Numbered from the stretch's first letter, positions 38,490-52,086 are shown. The stretch: 64,000 bases of DNA from Mobula hypostoma (GCF_963921235.1 NC_086102.1:17856001-17920000); one strand, 5' to 3'. The notes: a model not told the origin generated them from the sequence alone. Program-made: numbers and translations.

Positions 38490-39142
38490 GGGAATACATA
38501 CCAGTGCTTCTTGGGGGATCAGCACTGTCAACATCTCTGAAGATCTATCCTGGACCCAGCATATTTTTGCAATTACAGAGAAAGCACAGCAGTGGCTATA
38601 TTTTATTAGGAGTTCGAATAGACTTGGTATGACACCAACGACTCGCAAATTTCCACGGATGTGCAGTGGAGAACCTTCTAACCAGTTGCTTCACTCTCTG
38701 TTATAGAGAGGCGACTGCAAAGGATCAGAAAAAAATTGCAGGAAGTTATAACTCAGCCAGCTCCATCTTGGCCCTCTCCGCATTGAGAACATCCTCAAAA
38801 GGCGATGCTTCAAAAGTTCAGCATACATCCTAAGGACCTTCATCACCCAGGATATGCCTTCTTCTCATTTCTACCATCAAGAAGGTACAAGAGTCTGAAG
38901 ACACACTCAACATTTTAGGAACAGCTTCTTTCCCACTGCCATCAGATTTCTGAATGGACAATGAAGCCATGTACACTAACTCATTATTGTTTCTTTTTTT
39001 TGGTTCTCTTTTTGCACTTACTTATTTTTAAATATTTTTCTTATTGTAATTTATAGTTTTTTAAAATTATGAATCGCAATGTACTGCTGCCGCAAAACAA
39101 ATTCCATGACACGTACAAGTGATAGTAAACCTGATTTTGATC
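38490..39142 (+). mobile_element. Rex1/Babar LINE 3' fragment
   Basis: VNISEDLSWTQHIFAITEKAQQWLYFIR and a Rex1-like 3'UTR. Confidence 0.85.
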
Positions 39143-39530
39143 AATCTAACCCATCCCTCCTACATAACCCATAATCACCCCCCACACTTTTCTTCATCCA
39201 TATGCCTCTCTTAAAATCTCTTAAAAGTTCCCAATGTATTGGCCTCTACCCCACCCCGGCAATGCATTCAAGTGACTTAACCAGTCTGTGTAAACAATCT
39301 TCCTCTGACATCTCCCATGAATTTTCTGCCAAATACTGGAAAAGGATGTCCTTGGTATTAGCCATTGCTGCTCTGGGGGTTAAAAAGCTGGCTGCCCTCT
39401 CTACCTATGTCTCTTAAATACCTTAGTCAAGTCACCTCTCATCTTCTTTTGCTCCAAAGGAAAAAACCCTAGTTCGCTCAACCTTTCCTCATAAGATGTA
39501 TTCTCTACACCACCCCTCTGCCCTCTCCAA
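39143..39530 (-). mobile_element. CR1 3' fragment
   Basis: Reverse complement of the RLxELGLFxLE...RGDL and 3'UTR regions. Confidence 0.7.
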
Positions 39531-39807
39531 AGCATTCCTGATTATTAGATACTTTTGATTTCAAGCATATGACTCTGGATTCTCAGCATCTGCTGAATCT
39601 CTTGTTTACGAATACTGAAAGGCCTGGAGAGAATTGGCGAGCAATGCAACATGGATACAGGCCCTTCAGCCCAAGCAGTCCATGCCAACCCAGTTTTCCT
39701 GTGCTCACTCATTAATGGGTTTGGTTGCTTTTACAAAGCTGCTCCCTACTTTCCCCAATTGAGACAGAGGAGAGGATCTCATACAAAACCTGTTGAATAC
39801 TTAAAGT

Positions 39808-39968
39808 AGCACATATAAAATGCTGGAGGAACTCAGCAGGTCAGGCAGGGTCCATGGAGGAGAATGAACGGTCAACGTTTCAACAGAGACTCTTCATCAT
39901 GGCTGAATTCCTTCAGCGTTTTTGAGTGTTGCTGTGGATTTTCAGCATCTGCAGAATCTCTTGTGCTT
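39808..39968. mobile_element. Penelope-associated repeat, partly palindromic
   Basis: aaatgctggaggaactcagcaggtcaggc...gctgaattccttcagcgttttt...cagcatctgcagaatctcttgtg. Confidence 0.65.
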
Positions 39969-40204
39969 ACAAATAGTAAAAAGCCTGGGGAGAGTCGGAG
40001 AGTAATGCAGCACAGATTCAACCAATCCATGACACCCACTAGGCACATTTCCTGTGTTCAGCACACATCGCTCCAAGCCCTGACTCTCCATGTACCGACC
40101 CAAGCACCTCTTAAAGTATATTATTGTACCTCTTAACCACCTTTCCTAGCAGCTTATTGTATTTACTCACTACACTCTGCATGAAAAAAAATTGCCAGGA
40201 CGGT

Positions 40205-40682
40205 ACAACATGGAAGCAAGCTGTTGCCCATACAGCATGCTTCCCCTCTCTGCAGCTGATGAATCCATTTCTTTGGATACAGTTTGGCACCAGCAGCATC
40301 ACAGGAGTTGCCAATTAGCATTAAACTCAACGTAGGACTGCCTTAGGTCTGGATTTTTTCCTCAGACTTTACTCACAAAGCCTTCCCCATGAATAGGTAT
40401 AGCCACAAGGCAGAAGAGGTTTGAGATCAGAGTTTTCCTTCTCCTAGATGAGCTGCCAACTACAACTGACAAGCCTCATCTGCCTGAAGCAACTGGGTTT
40501 AAAGCGCCTGTAATCTGCCTTTGCCCCTTCTTCTGTCAGAGAAATGGTTCCACTGGGCTTAGTAGCTAAGCCACACGCGAAAGCCAGGAGCTGAACTTGG
40601 CTGTCAGAGGCTACCTGATATGCATGCCATTGGGAGCATTTAATAGGTAGTGGGAGCTCAGCCCCACTACTACCCTCAACTA
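40205..40682 (-). mobile_element. Non-autonomous SINE-like element resembling an RTE 5'UTR; second partial copy at ~63895-64000
   Basis: Minus strand has ggcagctcatctaggagaaggaaaactctgatctcaaacc, a motif I recognise from RTE-type 5'UTRs. Its left part matches 63900-64000 (gcaagctg.tgcccata.agca...gatgaatcca). Confidence 0.55.
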
Positions 40683-40811
40683 TAACAACCTTAAGGAACC
40701 AGAAGACTTACCAACCACCTTATCTATGCCTCCTATAATTTTAAGCATTTCAATAAAGTCGATCCCACTCCTGCCTTCACTCTCCTGCATTCCAAGGAAA
40801 AAAGTCCTAGG

Positions 40812-41145
40812 ACCTAGAGTGGACATGGAGGTGATCTTCCATTCGTATAGGAGTGTAGATTCTGAAGGCACAGCCTCAGAATGAAGGAATACACCTTTAG
40901 AATTGAGATGGGGAGTATTTTTTTCCAGCCAGAGAGTGGCAAATCTGTGGAAATTGTTGCCACAAAGAGCTGTGGCGGTCAATCTATTGGGTGAATTTAA
41001 AGCAAAGATTGTTGGGTTATTTATTTGTAAAGGGCTTAAAGGATACAGGGAAAAGGCAGGAGAATGAGATTGGAAAAAAAAATCATGATTGAATGTTGCA
41101 GCAGAATGGCCTATTAGGCCTAATTCTGCTCCTATAACTTATGAT
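40812..41145 (+). mobile_element. CR1 3' fragment
   Basis: ggcacagcctcagaat...ttccagccagagagtggcaaatctgtggaa and a CR1 3'UTR. Confidence 0.8.
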
Positions 41146-41324
41146 CTGTAGAAGAGTACAACACAGAAATAGGCCTGGGTCCTGATGAAGATTCACAACT
41201 CAAAATATCCAATTCTTTTTCCCTCCCTAGATCCTGCCTGACCTACTGAGTTCCTCCAGCATCTTCTTTGTTGCCACGGGGACAGAATCTTTGGCCTATG
41301 ATGTCTGTGCTGAGCAAGATGTCT

Positions 41325-42212
41325 GAACAATTGTAGGCCGTATCTCCGGTAATGATGAGTTTGAGTACAGAGGGGAAATTAAGAATCTGGTGGCATGGTG
41401 CGAAGACAATAACCTATCCCTCAACGTCAGCAAGACGAAGGAATTGGTTGTTGACTTCAGAAGGAGTAGCGGACCGCACAACCCAGTTTACATCGGTGGT
41501 GCGCAAGTGGAACAGGTCAAAAGCTTTAAGTTCCTCAGGGTCAATATCACAAATGACCTGACTTGGTCCAACCAAGCAGAGTCTACTGCCAAGAAGGCCC
41601 ACCAGCGCCTTTACTTCCTGAGAAAACTAAAGAAATTTGGCCTGTCCCCTAAAACCCTCACTATTTTTTATAGATGCACCGTAGAAAGCATTCTTCTAGG
41701 GTGCATCACAACCTGGTATGGAAATTGTCCTGTCCAAGACGGGAAGAAGCTACAGAAGATCGTGAACACGGCGCAGCACATCACACAAACCAATCTTCCG
41801 TCCTTGTACTCACTTTGCACCGCACGCTGTCGGAGCAGTGCTGCCAGGATAATCAAGGACACGACCCACCCAGCCAACACACTTTTCGTCCCTCTTCCCT
41901 CCAGAAGGTGGCTCAGGAGCTTGAAGACTTGTACGGCCAGATTTCGGAACAGCTTCTTTCCAACAGTGATAAGACTGCAGAACGGATCCTTACCCAGATC
42001 TGGGCCGTACCCTCCAAATATTCGGACCTGCCTCTCGGTTTTTTTGCACTACCTTACTTTCCATTTTTCTATTTTCTATTTATGATTTACGATTTAAATT
42101 TTTAATATTTACTATCGATTTGTAATCCACGGAGCGGGAAGCGCAGAATCAAATATCGCTGTGATGATTGTATGTTCTAGTATCAATTGTTTGGCAACAA
42201 TAAAGTATAAGA
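41325..42212 (+). mobile_element. Young Rex1/Babar LINE 3' fragment
   Basis: Open frame WCEDNNLSLNVSKTKELVVDFRR...FKFL...KKAHQRLYFLRKLKKF...FYRCTVESIL...RFRNSFFP; CpGs retained; aataaagtataa tail. Confidence 0.93.
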
Positions 42213-42271
42213 TTCATAGTTGAACTAATTCATTCTGGCTGAATATGATCCACATCCCTCCATTCCCTATG

Positions 42272-44166
42272 TAAAAGATTATGAGAGAAAACTGGCAGGG
42301 AACATAAAAACGGACTGTAAAAGCTTTTATAGATATGTAAAAAGGAAAAGACTGGTAAAGACAAATGTAGGTCCCCAGCAGACAGAAACAGGTGAATTGA
42401 TTATGGGGAGCAAGGACATGGCAGACCAATTGAATAATTACTTTGGTTCTGTCTTCACTAAGGAGGACATAAATAATCTTCCAGAAATAGTAAGGGACAG
42501 AGGGTCCAGTGAGATGGAGGAACAGAGCGAAATACAAATTAGTAGGGAAGTGGTGTTAGGTAAATTGAAGGGATTGAAGGCAGATAAATCCCCAGGGCCA
42601 GATGGTCTGCATCCTAGAGTGCTTAAGGAAGTAGCCCAAGAAATAGTGGATGCATTAGTGATAATTTTTCAAAACTCATTAGATTCTGGACTAGTTCCTG
42701 AGGATTGGAGGGTGGCTAATGTAACCCCACTTTTTAAAAAAGGAGGGAGAGAGAAACCGGGGAATTATACACCGATTAGCCTAACGTCGGTGGTGGGGAA
42801 ACTGCTGGAGTCAGTTATCAAGGATGTGATAACAGCACATTTGGAAAGCGGTGAAATGATCGGACAAAGTCAGCATGGATTTGTGAAAGGAAAATCATGT
42901 CTGACGAATCTCATAGAATTTTTTGAGGATGTAACTAGTAGAGTGGATAGGGGAGAACCAGTGGATGTGGTATATTTGGATTTTCAAAAGGCTTTTGACA
43001 AGGTCCCACACAGGAGATTAGTGTGCAAACTTAAAGCACACGGTATTGGGGGTAAGGTATTGGTGTGGGTGGAGAATTGGTTGGCAGACAGGAAGCAAAG
43101 AGTGGGAATAAACGGGACCTTTTCAGAATGGCAGGCGGTGACTAGTGGGGTACCGCAAGGCTCAGTGCTGGGACCCCAGTTGTTTACAATATATATTAAT
43201 GACCTGGATGAGGGAATTAAATGCTGCATCTCCAAGTTTGCGGATGACACGAAGCTGGGTGGCAGTGTTAGCAGTGAGGAGGATGCTAAGAGGATGCAGG
43301 GTGACTTGGATAGGTTGGGTGAGTGGGCAAATTCATGGCAGATGCAATTTAATGTGGATAAATGTGAAGTTATCCACTTTGGTGGCAAAAATAGGAAAAC
43401 AGATTATTATCTGAATGGTGGCCGATTAGGAAAAGGGGAGGTGCAACAAGACCTGGGTGTCATTATACACCAGTCATTGAAAGTGGGCATGCAGGTACAG
43501 CAGGCGGTGAAAAAGGCGAATGGTATGCTGGCATTTATAGCGAGAGGATTCGAGTACAGGAGCAGGGAGGTACTACTGCAGTTGTACAAGGCCTTGGTGA
43601 GACCACACCTGGAGTATTGTGTGCAGTTTTGGTCCCCTAATCTGAGGAAAGACATCTTTGCCATAGAGGGAGTACAAAGAAGGTTCACCAGATTGATTCC
43701 TGGGATGGCAGGACTTTCATATGAAGAAAGACTGGATGAACTGGGCTTGTACTCGTTGGAATTTAGAAGATTGAGGGGGGATCTGATTGAAACGTATAAG
43801 ATTCTAAAGGGATTGGACAGGCTAGATGCAGGAAGATTGTTCCCGATGTTGGGGAAGTCCAGAACAAGGGGTCACAGTTTGAGGATAGAGGGGAAGCCTT
43901 TTAGGACCGAGATTAGGAAAAACTTCTTCACACAGAGAGCGGTGAATCTGTGGAATTCTCTGCCACAGGAAACAGTTGAGGCCAGTTCATTGGCTATATT
44001 TAAGAGGGAGTTAGATATGGCCCTTGTGGCTACGGGGGTCAGGGGGTATGGAGGGAAGGCTGGGGCGGGGTTCTGAGTTGGATGATCAGCCATGATCATA
44101 ATAAATGGCGGTGCAGGCTCGAAGGGCCGAATGGCCTACTCCTGCACCTATTTTCTATGTTTCTAT
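42272..44166 (+). mobile_element. Young 5'-truncated CR1 LINE with intact reverse transcriptase ORF (42397-44076)
   Basis: KSPGPDGLHPRVLKE, QHGFVKGKSCLTNL, YLDFQKAFDKVPH, SGVPQGSVLGP, KFADDTK, LVRPHLEYCVQFWSP, all without stops; (TTTCTATG)n tail; nested in an older CR1 3' end. Confidence 0.96.
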
Positions 44167-47100
44167 TCATGTGCCTGTCTGAAAGCCTATTGAATGCCCT
44201 TATATCTGCTTCCACAAACCCCTCTGGCAGCGTGATCCAGGCACTTACAACGCACTGTAAAAAAAAATGTTGTCCCTTTAATTGTTGAGACACTAACAAA
44301 CATCAAGGCTCATTTAGGTGATGAGAAAGATCCCATGGAACAATTTATACAAAATGAGGGAACAATTTCCCTCCCTAACTCCTGCACATTTGTCCTTTAG
44401 TCAGCATTTTTCTGGTAACTATCATATTTCTGTTTGTGGATGAAGCCTAACAAGAATTGTTTGCCAAGTTTCCACAACGGTGTCAAAATTTAGAAATGTT
44501 TCACCTTTGTAGACCACTTCAGAACAATCTATTAGTCTTATTTTCATAAAATCTATTTATGATAGATTATACTGCATTCTGCAGACAATAGGAGTCTCAA
44601 CATTGTGATCATTTTTCATGACCCAGGCTACACAATACAATCACAAAGACAACCATCTTTTCACATGTTGCTTTTGAAAGGACCATCATTTTCTTTACAA
44701 AATTGCTTCCCAATATTCATCATTTGTTGATGATAATGAACAATAACCAATGTTTCCTCTCCAATATAACATATGGCCCAATGCAAAAACTTAAGTCACA
44801 TAATAAAACACACTTACCTGTTGGTAAGGTAAGCAAGCAGCTTGTGGACAATGTAGCATCAAAATTATAGATGATCATAATAAAAATCAAACCTCTCAAG
44901 AACCCAAAAAACGCAAATGACCATTTTCCGCTATTGAACATTCTACACAGATTGGCTAATTATGGATAAGAGGCATAAAAGTAGCCATAACAGTGTGATT
45001 TTTTTCCAGGAAATTATTGTGCCAATAGATTTAATAATCCTGGTTTGCCAATTTACCATTAAGTGCAAAATTTCCAGCAGAATATCTGAAAACACAAGTA
45101 TCCCTGATGTCCAGTTTTGATAACATCCTCTGTACCTCAGGACATAAGATGCATCCTTACAGGCAAAAGCATGATCTGTATATTAGTCAAAAAGAAATTC
45201 TACAAATTTTGAAAAGATGCATTTGTGAAAATGGGAATGATCTTGTGATATGCTGTTGATTTGCATCAATATTTTCTAATATATTCTGCTTGTATTTCGT
45301 GTAAGGATAGCACCGCAGGATATTAAAGTGGATGACTTATGGATAAGTTTACTAGATTTATTTGGAGCCACACACCAAATACTTTAAGGTTAGAGCAAAA
45401 AGTATTGTCTGAGTGAGAATGGAAGAGTGTGAACAAGAGCTGGTAAAGCTGGGATGATCAAACAATCAACCTTTTTTAAAAATTTTGTGTGTACACAATC
45501 TAATCATTTATGATTATGTTGTTCAAATTTTAAATAACTCCTGTTGATTCAAAGTTCAAAGCTGGGTGGCAATATTTTATGTGCAAAGAAAACCAAATCA
45601 CTTTTCCAAGATCTTGAAATTATGCTGCAAGATGTTTATGCTTAAAATTCTGAGACATTAATTTCATTGCTATTTTAGTAGTGCATTAATAATGAATGTA
45701 TATTAGTTAATGTATCACAGAAATATATTAAAGAGAAAATTTAGGCAAATAAATAAGCATTTCTATATTAAGATCCAACAATGAAACTTTCATTGCAGGA
45801 TTTTCATGAATTCCAATGCAGATTGCTGAGGTAGATTAATTGTAAATTTAGGTTTATTGTTAGGTCTTCGACATCTACCGCATGCAAAAGAAAAAATGAA
45901 TAACAAAATGCAGCTTCCACTTAAGATTTTAAATTACAGGTACTTGCAACAATTAAGATAATAAGAATTGTTTATTTTTGGAGGAATCTAATGATCACAA
46001 GGCAATTAGCACACTTTGGCAGGAATGATTCTGACCTTTGGTGCCCTGTCTATATCAACACACAGCTGGTTATATTCAGAAAGCAAATCAGAGATCTATT
46101 TTAGTTATAGTTCACTCTTTGTTTCTAAAGATATGCATATTCAAAGACAGATAGAAAAAAAACAATTTATATGGGATCTATGGGGCCCTAAAGAGACTGC
46201 TCGTGCTACTACAACTAGAAGGATGCACTAAGTAGAAGAGCCAAGATCTTGGTCAAGGAGCATCTTTGAAAAAAGTAAAAGCATGAGCCCAAAAGATAGA
46301 TGCTTAAAAGCAGAACAAAGTAAGAATCCCAACAGGTATATGTCTACACCTGTTGCTTGTGAGGAACTAAATAGCAATCATTGTGTGGCAAATTGAAAAG
46401 TGAGATGGAGGATGTGTTTTGGAGGGGCAATGAATGCCATGGACAATATACAAGGATAAGGAGCCATAAATAAGATCTACTAGTATAGAGACCTAAGAGG
46501 ATGGCTAGATGATCAATAGTTGAGAAAGAATGGGGTCAATAGGACAAGAACTAAGTTTCATGGACATCATAAGATCTATGTGCAAATGAGGAAGAAATGA
46601 CAAACACATTTTGGCATTATAAGCTTCCATCTGATGCTATCCATCATGACTACATTCTGGTTTCAGTTACAACACTGATGGGGGAGCCAATGACATAAAG
46701 GGATTGCCCACATTTCCTGGAGTTGAAAAATTCTTAAGAGGGAGGGGTGTTGAAATTTAGCAACATACAATTAAAATCGAGCATAAATTATCAAATAAAT
46801 GTAAATAGTACCTTTTTCATAATGTTGATGAAGCCATCTGATGTTGGTGATGCCTCATCATCAAGGACAATCACCTTTGTTGATCAGCTGGATGGATGTA
46901 GGTGACCATATTGTTTGCTGAAAAGTCCAATCCTCGAAACCACAAACTCTGGCAGTCAACACAGCCGATGTTTCAATGGAAGAAATACAATCCAGGAGTT
47001 TGAATCATGTTCCTTCTTCTTATCTTCCTTTTATTCACTTCCATATTGAGATGAACCCATAAGGTGATGCCATGAAGCTTCATTTTGGGCTGGTGCCATA

Positions 47101-47239
47101 CTTCCTAATCAAAGTTCCCTTAACTTTGATGCACTTTCTCTCTTGCTACGGTATTCACATGCTCAAATCACTATCAACTGTAAATGTATCTATTGAATGA
47201 TTTAAAATGTACCAAATCATAGCTACCAAGTCACCCAAA

Positions 47240-47432
47240 CGCATGAGGAACTCAGCAGGTTCAGCAGCATCTATGGAGAGGAATAAAGAGATGATGTTTC
47301 AGGCTGATAAAGGGTCTTGGCCCAGAAGTCATCTCTTTATTCTTTTCCATAGATTCTGCTGAACTTGCTGAGTTCCTCCAGCATTTTGTGTGTGTTACAC
47401 TGGATTTCCAGCATCTACAGAATCTCTTGTGC
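47240..47432. mobile_element. Penelope-associated fold-back repeat (50-bp inverted arms)
   Basis: Arms 47245-47294 and 47329-47378 are 46/50 complementary; the loop contains ctgataaagggtcttggcccagaag. Confidence 0.8.
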
Positions 47433-49069
47433 TTACCAAATTACCCAAGTATTCAAAAGTATCCACCAGGTAAACTAACTACTTTCAAAAACAGCAACAA
47501 CTTATATCAAACTAGCACCTTTAACATACTCAGTGCTTTGAAGCATCATTACCAGAACAAAATTTCAATGTGTTAGGAGACACAAACACAGAAGTTGGTT
47601 TTAAGATCCATTTTGAGTGACAAGAGGTGGTGATAGAGAGATGAAGAGGTTTGGGAGCGGAATTCCAGTACTTGAGTCATAGATGCAGCTATTAAAGATG
47701 GATAGAATGGAATAAGGAATTATACAATAGGACAGGAAGCTGGAACATAGAGGTCCCAAAGAATTCTAGGGATGGAGGAATTGGGGAGGAGCATTAGGGT
47801 CACAGGGAAATCTGAAAACAAGGATGACAACTTTGAACTTTCAGCCCTGCTTGTTCACAACCACCAAGATTTCTTACTGAGTTAATTCCATTTGCCAACA
47901 TTTGGCCCATATTCTTCCAAGCCCTTCCTATCCCTGTATCTGTCCAAATGGCTCTTAAACTTTGTAATTACACCCAACCCTACCACTTTCTGTGGCAGCT
48001 TATTCCATATACCCACCAGCTTCTGTGTGGAAAAAAAAACAATCTCACAGGCCCTTTTAAATCTTCATGTTTCTCATGATGTCACAGACCACCATAAGCT
48101 CAGCCCTCAGGTTCCTTCACATTAGCAATGAACAGCACAGACACGAGATACTGCCTTTTGTGATATAATATTAATCTTAAACCTTCATAAAAATTGTAAT
48201 ATCCTATTTTTAACCTTATCTGAGTGCTAAACGTGGAATGGAACAAATTTGCATATGATACAGGTTCATACTGTCCCCTGGTGGCTAAGTAACCAATGAG
48301 TGTTGCTATATAAATAAATCTAGTCTATTTTTATATACAAACTTATAAAATTGATCTGCTTTGGAGTAAAATATTGCTTGTATTTTTGTTTAATTTTAGG
48401 ATCTGAAGGTCATGGCAAGACTAGTCTTTAAGCTACTCACCTTCAAGAAAGTGGTAGCGAGGCGTCTTCATTCCCCATCCTTTTTATTTTGTTACTGATA
48501 GTAAAGTAAGCTCACTGCATTCTTCAGTAAATCTTGCCTTACCTCCCTTCACACCAAATAAAGTACCTTGAAATGCTTTCTGTGTTAAAACAAGCTGTTA
48601 TCCGTGCCTTTCAAACCATGGATCTCATATGAGGAAGAGCACGAGTCCCCAGAATCTAAGCTTAAAGGTCAAGGCCATGATTGGCGAGTGAAGTTATGAA
48701 TCTTTGGATTTTCTTATCCTAGAATTAAGGAATTGGCACCACACTGATCATCTCGTAGCTACAGGAGGCACAGAGGCCTCAACCCTGCACTACCAGGTTC
48801 ATAAACAGTTTCCTCCAACCATTCAGATCTTCAAAGTTCAAAAAATCAATGTAAATTATCAAAGTATGTCACCTTATACAGTCCAGAGATTCATTTTTTT
48901 GTGGGAATACTCAATAAATCCAATAACTATAATAGAATCAGTGAAAGACCACACCAACAGGTCAGATAACTAGTGTGTAAAACACAATAAACTGTGTAAA
49001 TATAAAAAGAAAGAAAAATGATAATAGTCATAATAAATAAATAAGCAATAAATATCAAAAACATGAGAG

Positions 49070-49960
49070 ATGGAAAGAAATGGATCCATCAGGCAGACGT
49101 AGCATGGATTCAGCAAAGGCAGGTCCAGTTTGACAAACCTACTGGAGTTCTTTAAGGATGTAATGAGCACAGTGGATAGAGGGGAACAGATGAACGTTAT
49201 TTACTTGGATTTCCAGAAGGCATTTGATAAGGTGCCACATAAAAGACTTATCCATAAGAGAAGGATGCATAGAGTTGGGGGTGATGTGTTAGCATGGATA
49301 GTGGATTGGTTAACTAATAGAAAGCAGAGAGGGGATACATGGGTGTTACTCTGGTTGGCAATCAGTGGTGAGTGGTGTGCTGGGCCTGCAACTGTTCACG
49401 ATATACATCAACAACCTGGAAGAGGGGACCAAGTGGACTGTATTTAAGTTTGCTAATGATACTAAATTGAATGGAAAAGCAAATTGTTCAGAAGATACAG
49501 AGAGACTATAGATAGGTTAAGTGAGTGGGCAGATGGAGTACAATGTTGGTAAGTGCAAGGTCATCCACTTTGGAAGGGAAAATGAAAGAGCAGATTATTA
49601 TTCAAATGGAAAAAAAATTTGCAGCTTGGTGCTGTGCAGAGGGACTTGGGAGTGTTTGTGCATGAATCACAAAGGGTTGGTTTGCAGGTACAGCAGGCTA
49701 TCAAGAAGGAAAGTGGGCTGGTGGCCTTCTTTGCTAGAGGGACTGAACTTAAAAGCAGGGAAGTAAATACCTCAGTAGATATATTTAAGACAAGGCTGGA
49801 TAGATTTTTGCATAGTAGGAGAATTAAGGATTTTGGGGAAAAGGCAGGTAGGTGGAAAAATTCATGGCCATATCAGCCATGATCTTATTGAATGGCAGAG
49901 CAGGCTCGATGGGCCGGATGGCCCACTCCTGCTCCTATTTCTTATGTTATTATGTTTCTT
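49070..49960 (+). mobile_element. CR1 LINE RT fragment, internally deleted
   Basis: LTNLLEFFKDV...YLDFQKAFDKVPHKRL, KFANDTKL, CR1 3'UTR with (ttatg)n tail. Confidence 0.9.
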
Positions 49961-50300
49961 ATGAGATTAGGTGTCCTTGTAAGTGACTCCATAAGTTGTG
50001 GGAACAGTTCAGTGACAGGGTAAGTGAAGTTGAGTGAAGATTTCCCTTATGGTTCAGAAGCCTTATGGTTGAGGAGTAATAACTGCTCCTGAACCTGGTG
50101 ATGTAGGTCCTGAGGCTTCTGTACTTTCTTCCTGATGGCACTGCAAGAAGAAAGCATGCCCTGGGCGGTGGGGATCCCTGATAATGGATGTTGCTTTCCT
50201 GCAACAGCGCTCCATGTAGATGTGCTCAGTGGCAGGGATAGCTTTATCTGTGATGTGCTGGGCCACATCCACTACAATTTGTAGGGTTTTCTGTTCCCGG
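49961..50300 (-). mobile_element. Rex1/Babar 3' fragment
   Basis: LQIVVDVAQHITDKAIP...SIIRDPHRPGH, PSGRKYRSLRT...FRSSYY. Confidence 0.85.
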
Positions 50301-50670
50301 CTTGAACCAACCTGCACAACCCTAATCACTGCTTCAGTCGAGCAGCACTATGGCCACTTTGTACTACATTGGACTTAGTTTTTCTTGTTCTGATTGTGTA
50401 CTTTCCTGTTCCTATTTTTATTTTTAAGTTTTGTTTTTCTTGTGAATGCTGTATTTCTAATGCCTGTAATGTTGCTACAAGTAAGATTTTCATTGCCTCT
50501 GTACTTACACATACGTGTGTATATGACAATGGACTTGACTTGACACTGTAACAGATCTTTCAGACCCATTTAGTCATTACAACTCATATTATAGTACAGG
50601 CCATCCCTAGTGAAGAACCCTTTCTTATGGGCACCCCTACCTAAGAACAAATTCCCACAATTCCAACATA

Positions 50671-51079
50671 CAGTACTGTGCAGAAGTCTTAGCCACATGT
50701 AGAAAAAAAATTCTGTAAAGCGGAGATGCTTTCAAATGAAATGAACTATTTTTAAATATCAAAAAACTTACTATGAAGAGCAGTAAACAATAAACTAAAT
50801 CATATCAATATTTGTTTTAACCATCCTTTGCCTTTAAAACTGCATCAATTCTCTTAAGTACACCGTCATGCACTTTATAAGAAAATTAGCTGTTAGGTTG
50901 TTTCAAGAATCTTAGAGAACTTGCTACAGTTCTTCTGCAGACTTTGGCACTCTTGCTTGCTTCTGTCTCTCCAGGTAATCCCCGACAGCCTTGATGACGT
51001 TGAGATCAGGGCTCTGTGGAAGCCTTACCATCTGAAATCATATAATAAATCTAGGGTGCCTAAGACTTGCACAGTACTG
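50671..51079. mobile_element. Tc1/mariner non-autonomous element
   Basis: TA-cagtactgtgcagaagtcttagccac ... gtgcctaagacttgcacagtactg-CA: terminal inverted repeats with a TA target (right copy mutated). Confidence 0.8.
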
Positions 51080-52086
51080 CATACAAACATTCGTTCCTAC
51101 AAACAGCAAAATTCACTCTCTCCTCACTTTACTAATTGTTCTTTCTTATCAGTCTTTTGATACCATTCATTACAATACCGTGGAGGTGTGGTTGCCTTAT
51201 CAAGTGACTAAAGCTAACGGCTTTACCAACTCAATTTACAGATGTCTGTAAAAACGGAAGCTTTTCGTTAGTCACACACGTCCTGTAATCCATCAGTTAC
51301 ATTTCCAGTTCTTTTCCTGATGATTTTGTTTATACCTCAGATGCCTATCCAATTCACCGAGAGCCTACTCTGCTTCTGCCATCCTTACAGGCAGCAAGTT
51401 CTAAATCATAAATATCCTCTGTAAAAACAGGTCCTTGAGAAAAAGAACCTCAGAAGATCTTACTTTTTCTATAGATGCTACCTGGCCTGCTGAGTTCCTC
51501 CAGCACTGTGTGCATGTTGCTCTGGAGGGTTGACTGAGTCACATGCAAATTGGCAGTAAAACATGTAGGACTGGTGCAGAACAGAAGATTTTTTTTTCAT
51601 GGGACGTTGGCACAGTTCTAAGGCAACAAGGAGCTGCAGCAATGGGATGGGCTCTATCTGAACTGGAATAAGATCTACGTCCTTGCAGAAAGGGTTAAGA
51701 CATCTCCTTTAAAATGATCTAAAGACTTCAAGCTAATAAGGGGGGAGTAACATAAACAGCCCGAGTATAAGCAAAACAGGAAAAGGGAAAAAAGAAAATA
51801 AAGAAACACTCACACAGCAAGGAAACATAAACAGGAGTCTAAAAAAATATGGTGAACTATAAAATGATAAAAATAGAGCATCGTACAGTCCAGGCCCTAT
51901 GGCCTATGACATTGTATCAGCCCTTTAACCAAAGATCCCATGAAATCAAATTAAGTTGTCCTTACAACAATTCACTGAATGCAAATACACCCTGATGACA
52001 ACCAGATAAACTAGAGTTTACTAAGGGATACATATATTTTAAAAAATCAGGACTGGGAACTAATCATTGCTAACATTGGGTTGCAT

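Noticed and set aside
41178-41270. CUGAUGA-containing repeat copy as an active hammerhead
   Set aside because: The GAAAC box and stem II are lost; it is a decayed PLE-repeat copy.
42397-44076. 559-aa RT ORF as a domesticated or novel RT system
   Set aside because: Canonical 5'-truncated CR1 ORF2 with the normal 3'UTR and tail and no ATG at the called start.
44810-44836. Back-to-back consensus donors (minus CAGGTAAGT, plus AAGGTAAGC) in a TE-poor island
   Set aside because: No matching acceptor or credible ORF was identified; this could be chance or a lncRNA exon and is unsupported without RNA data.
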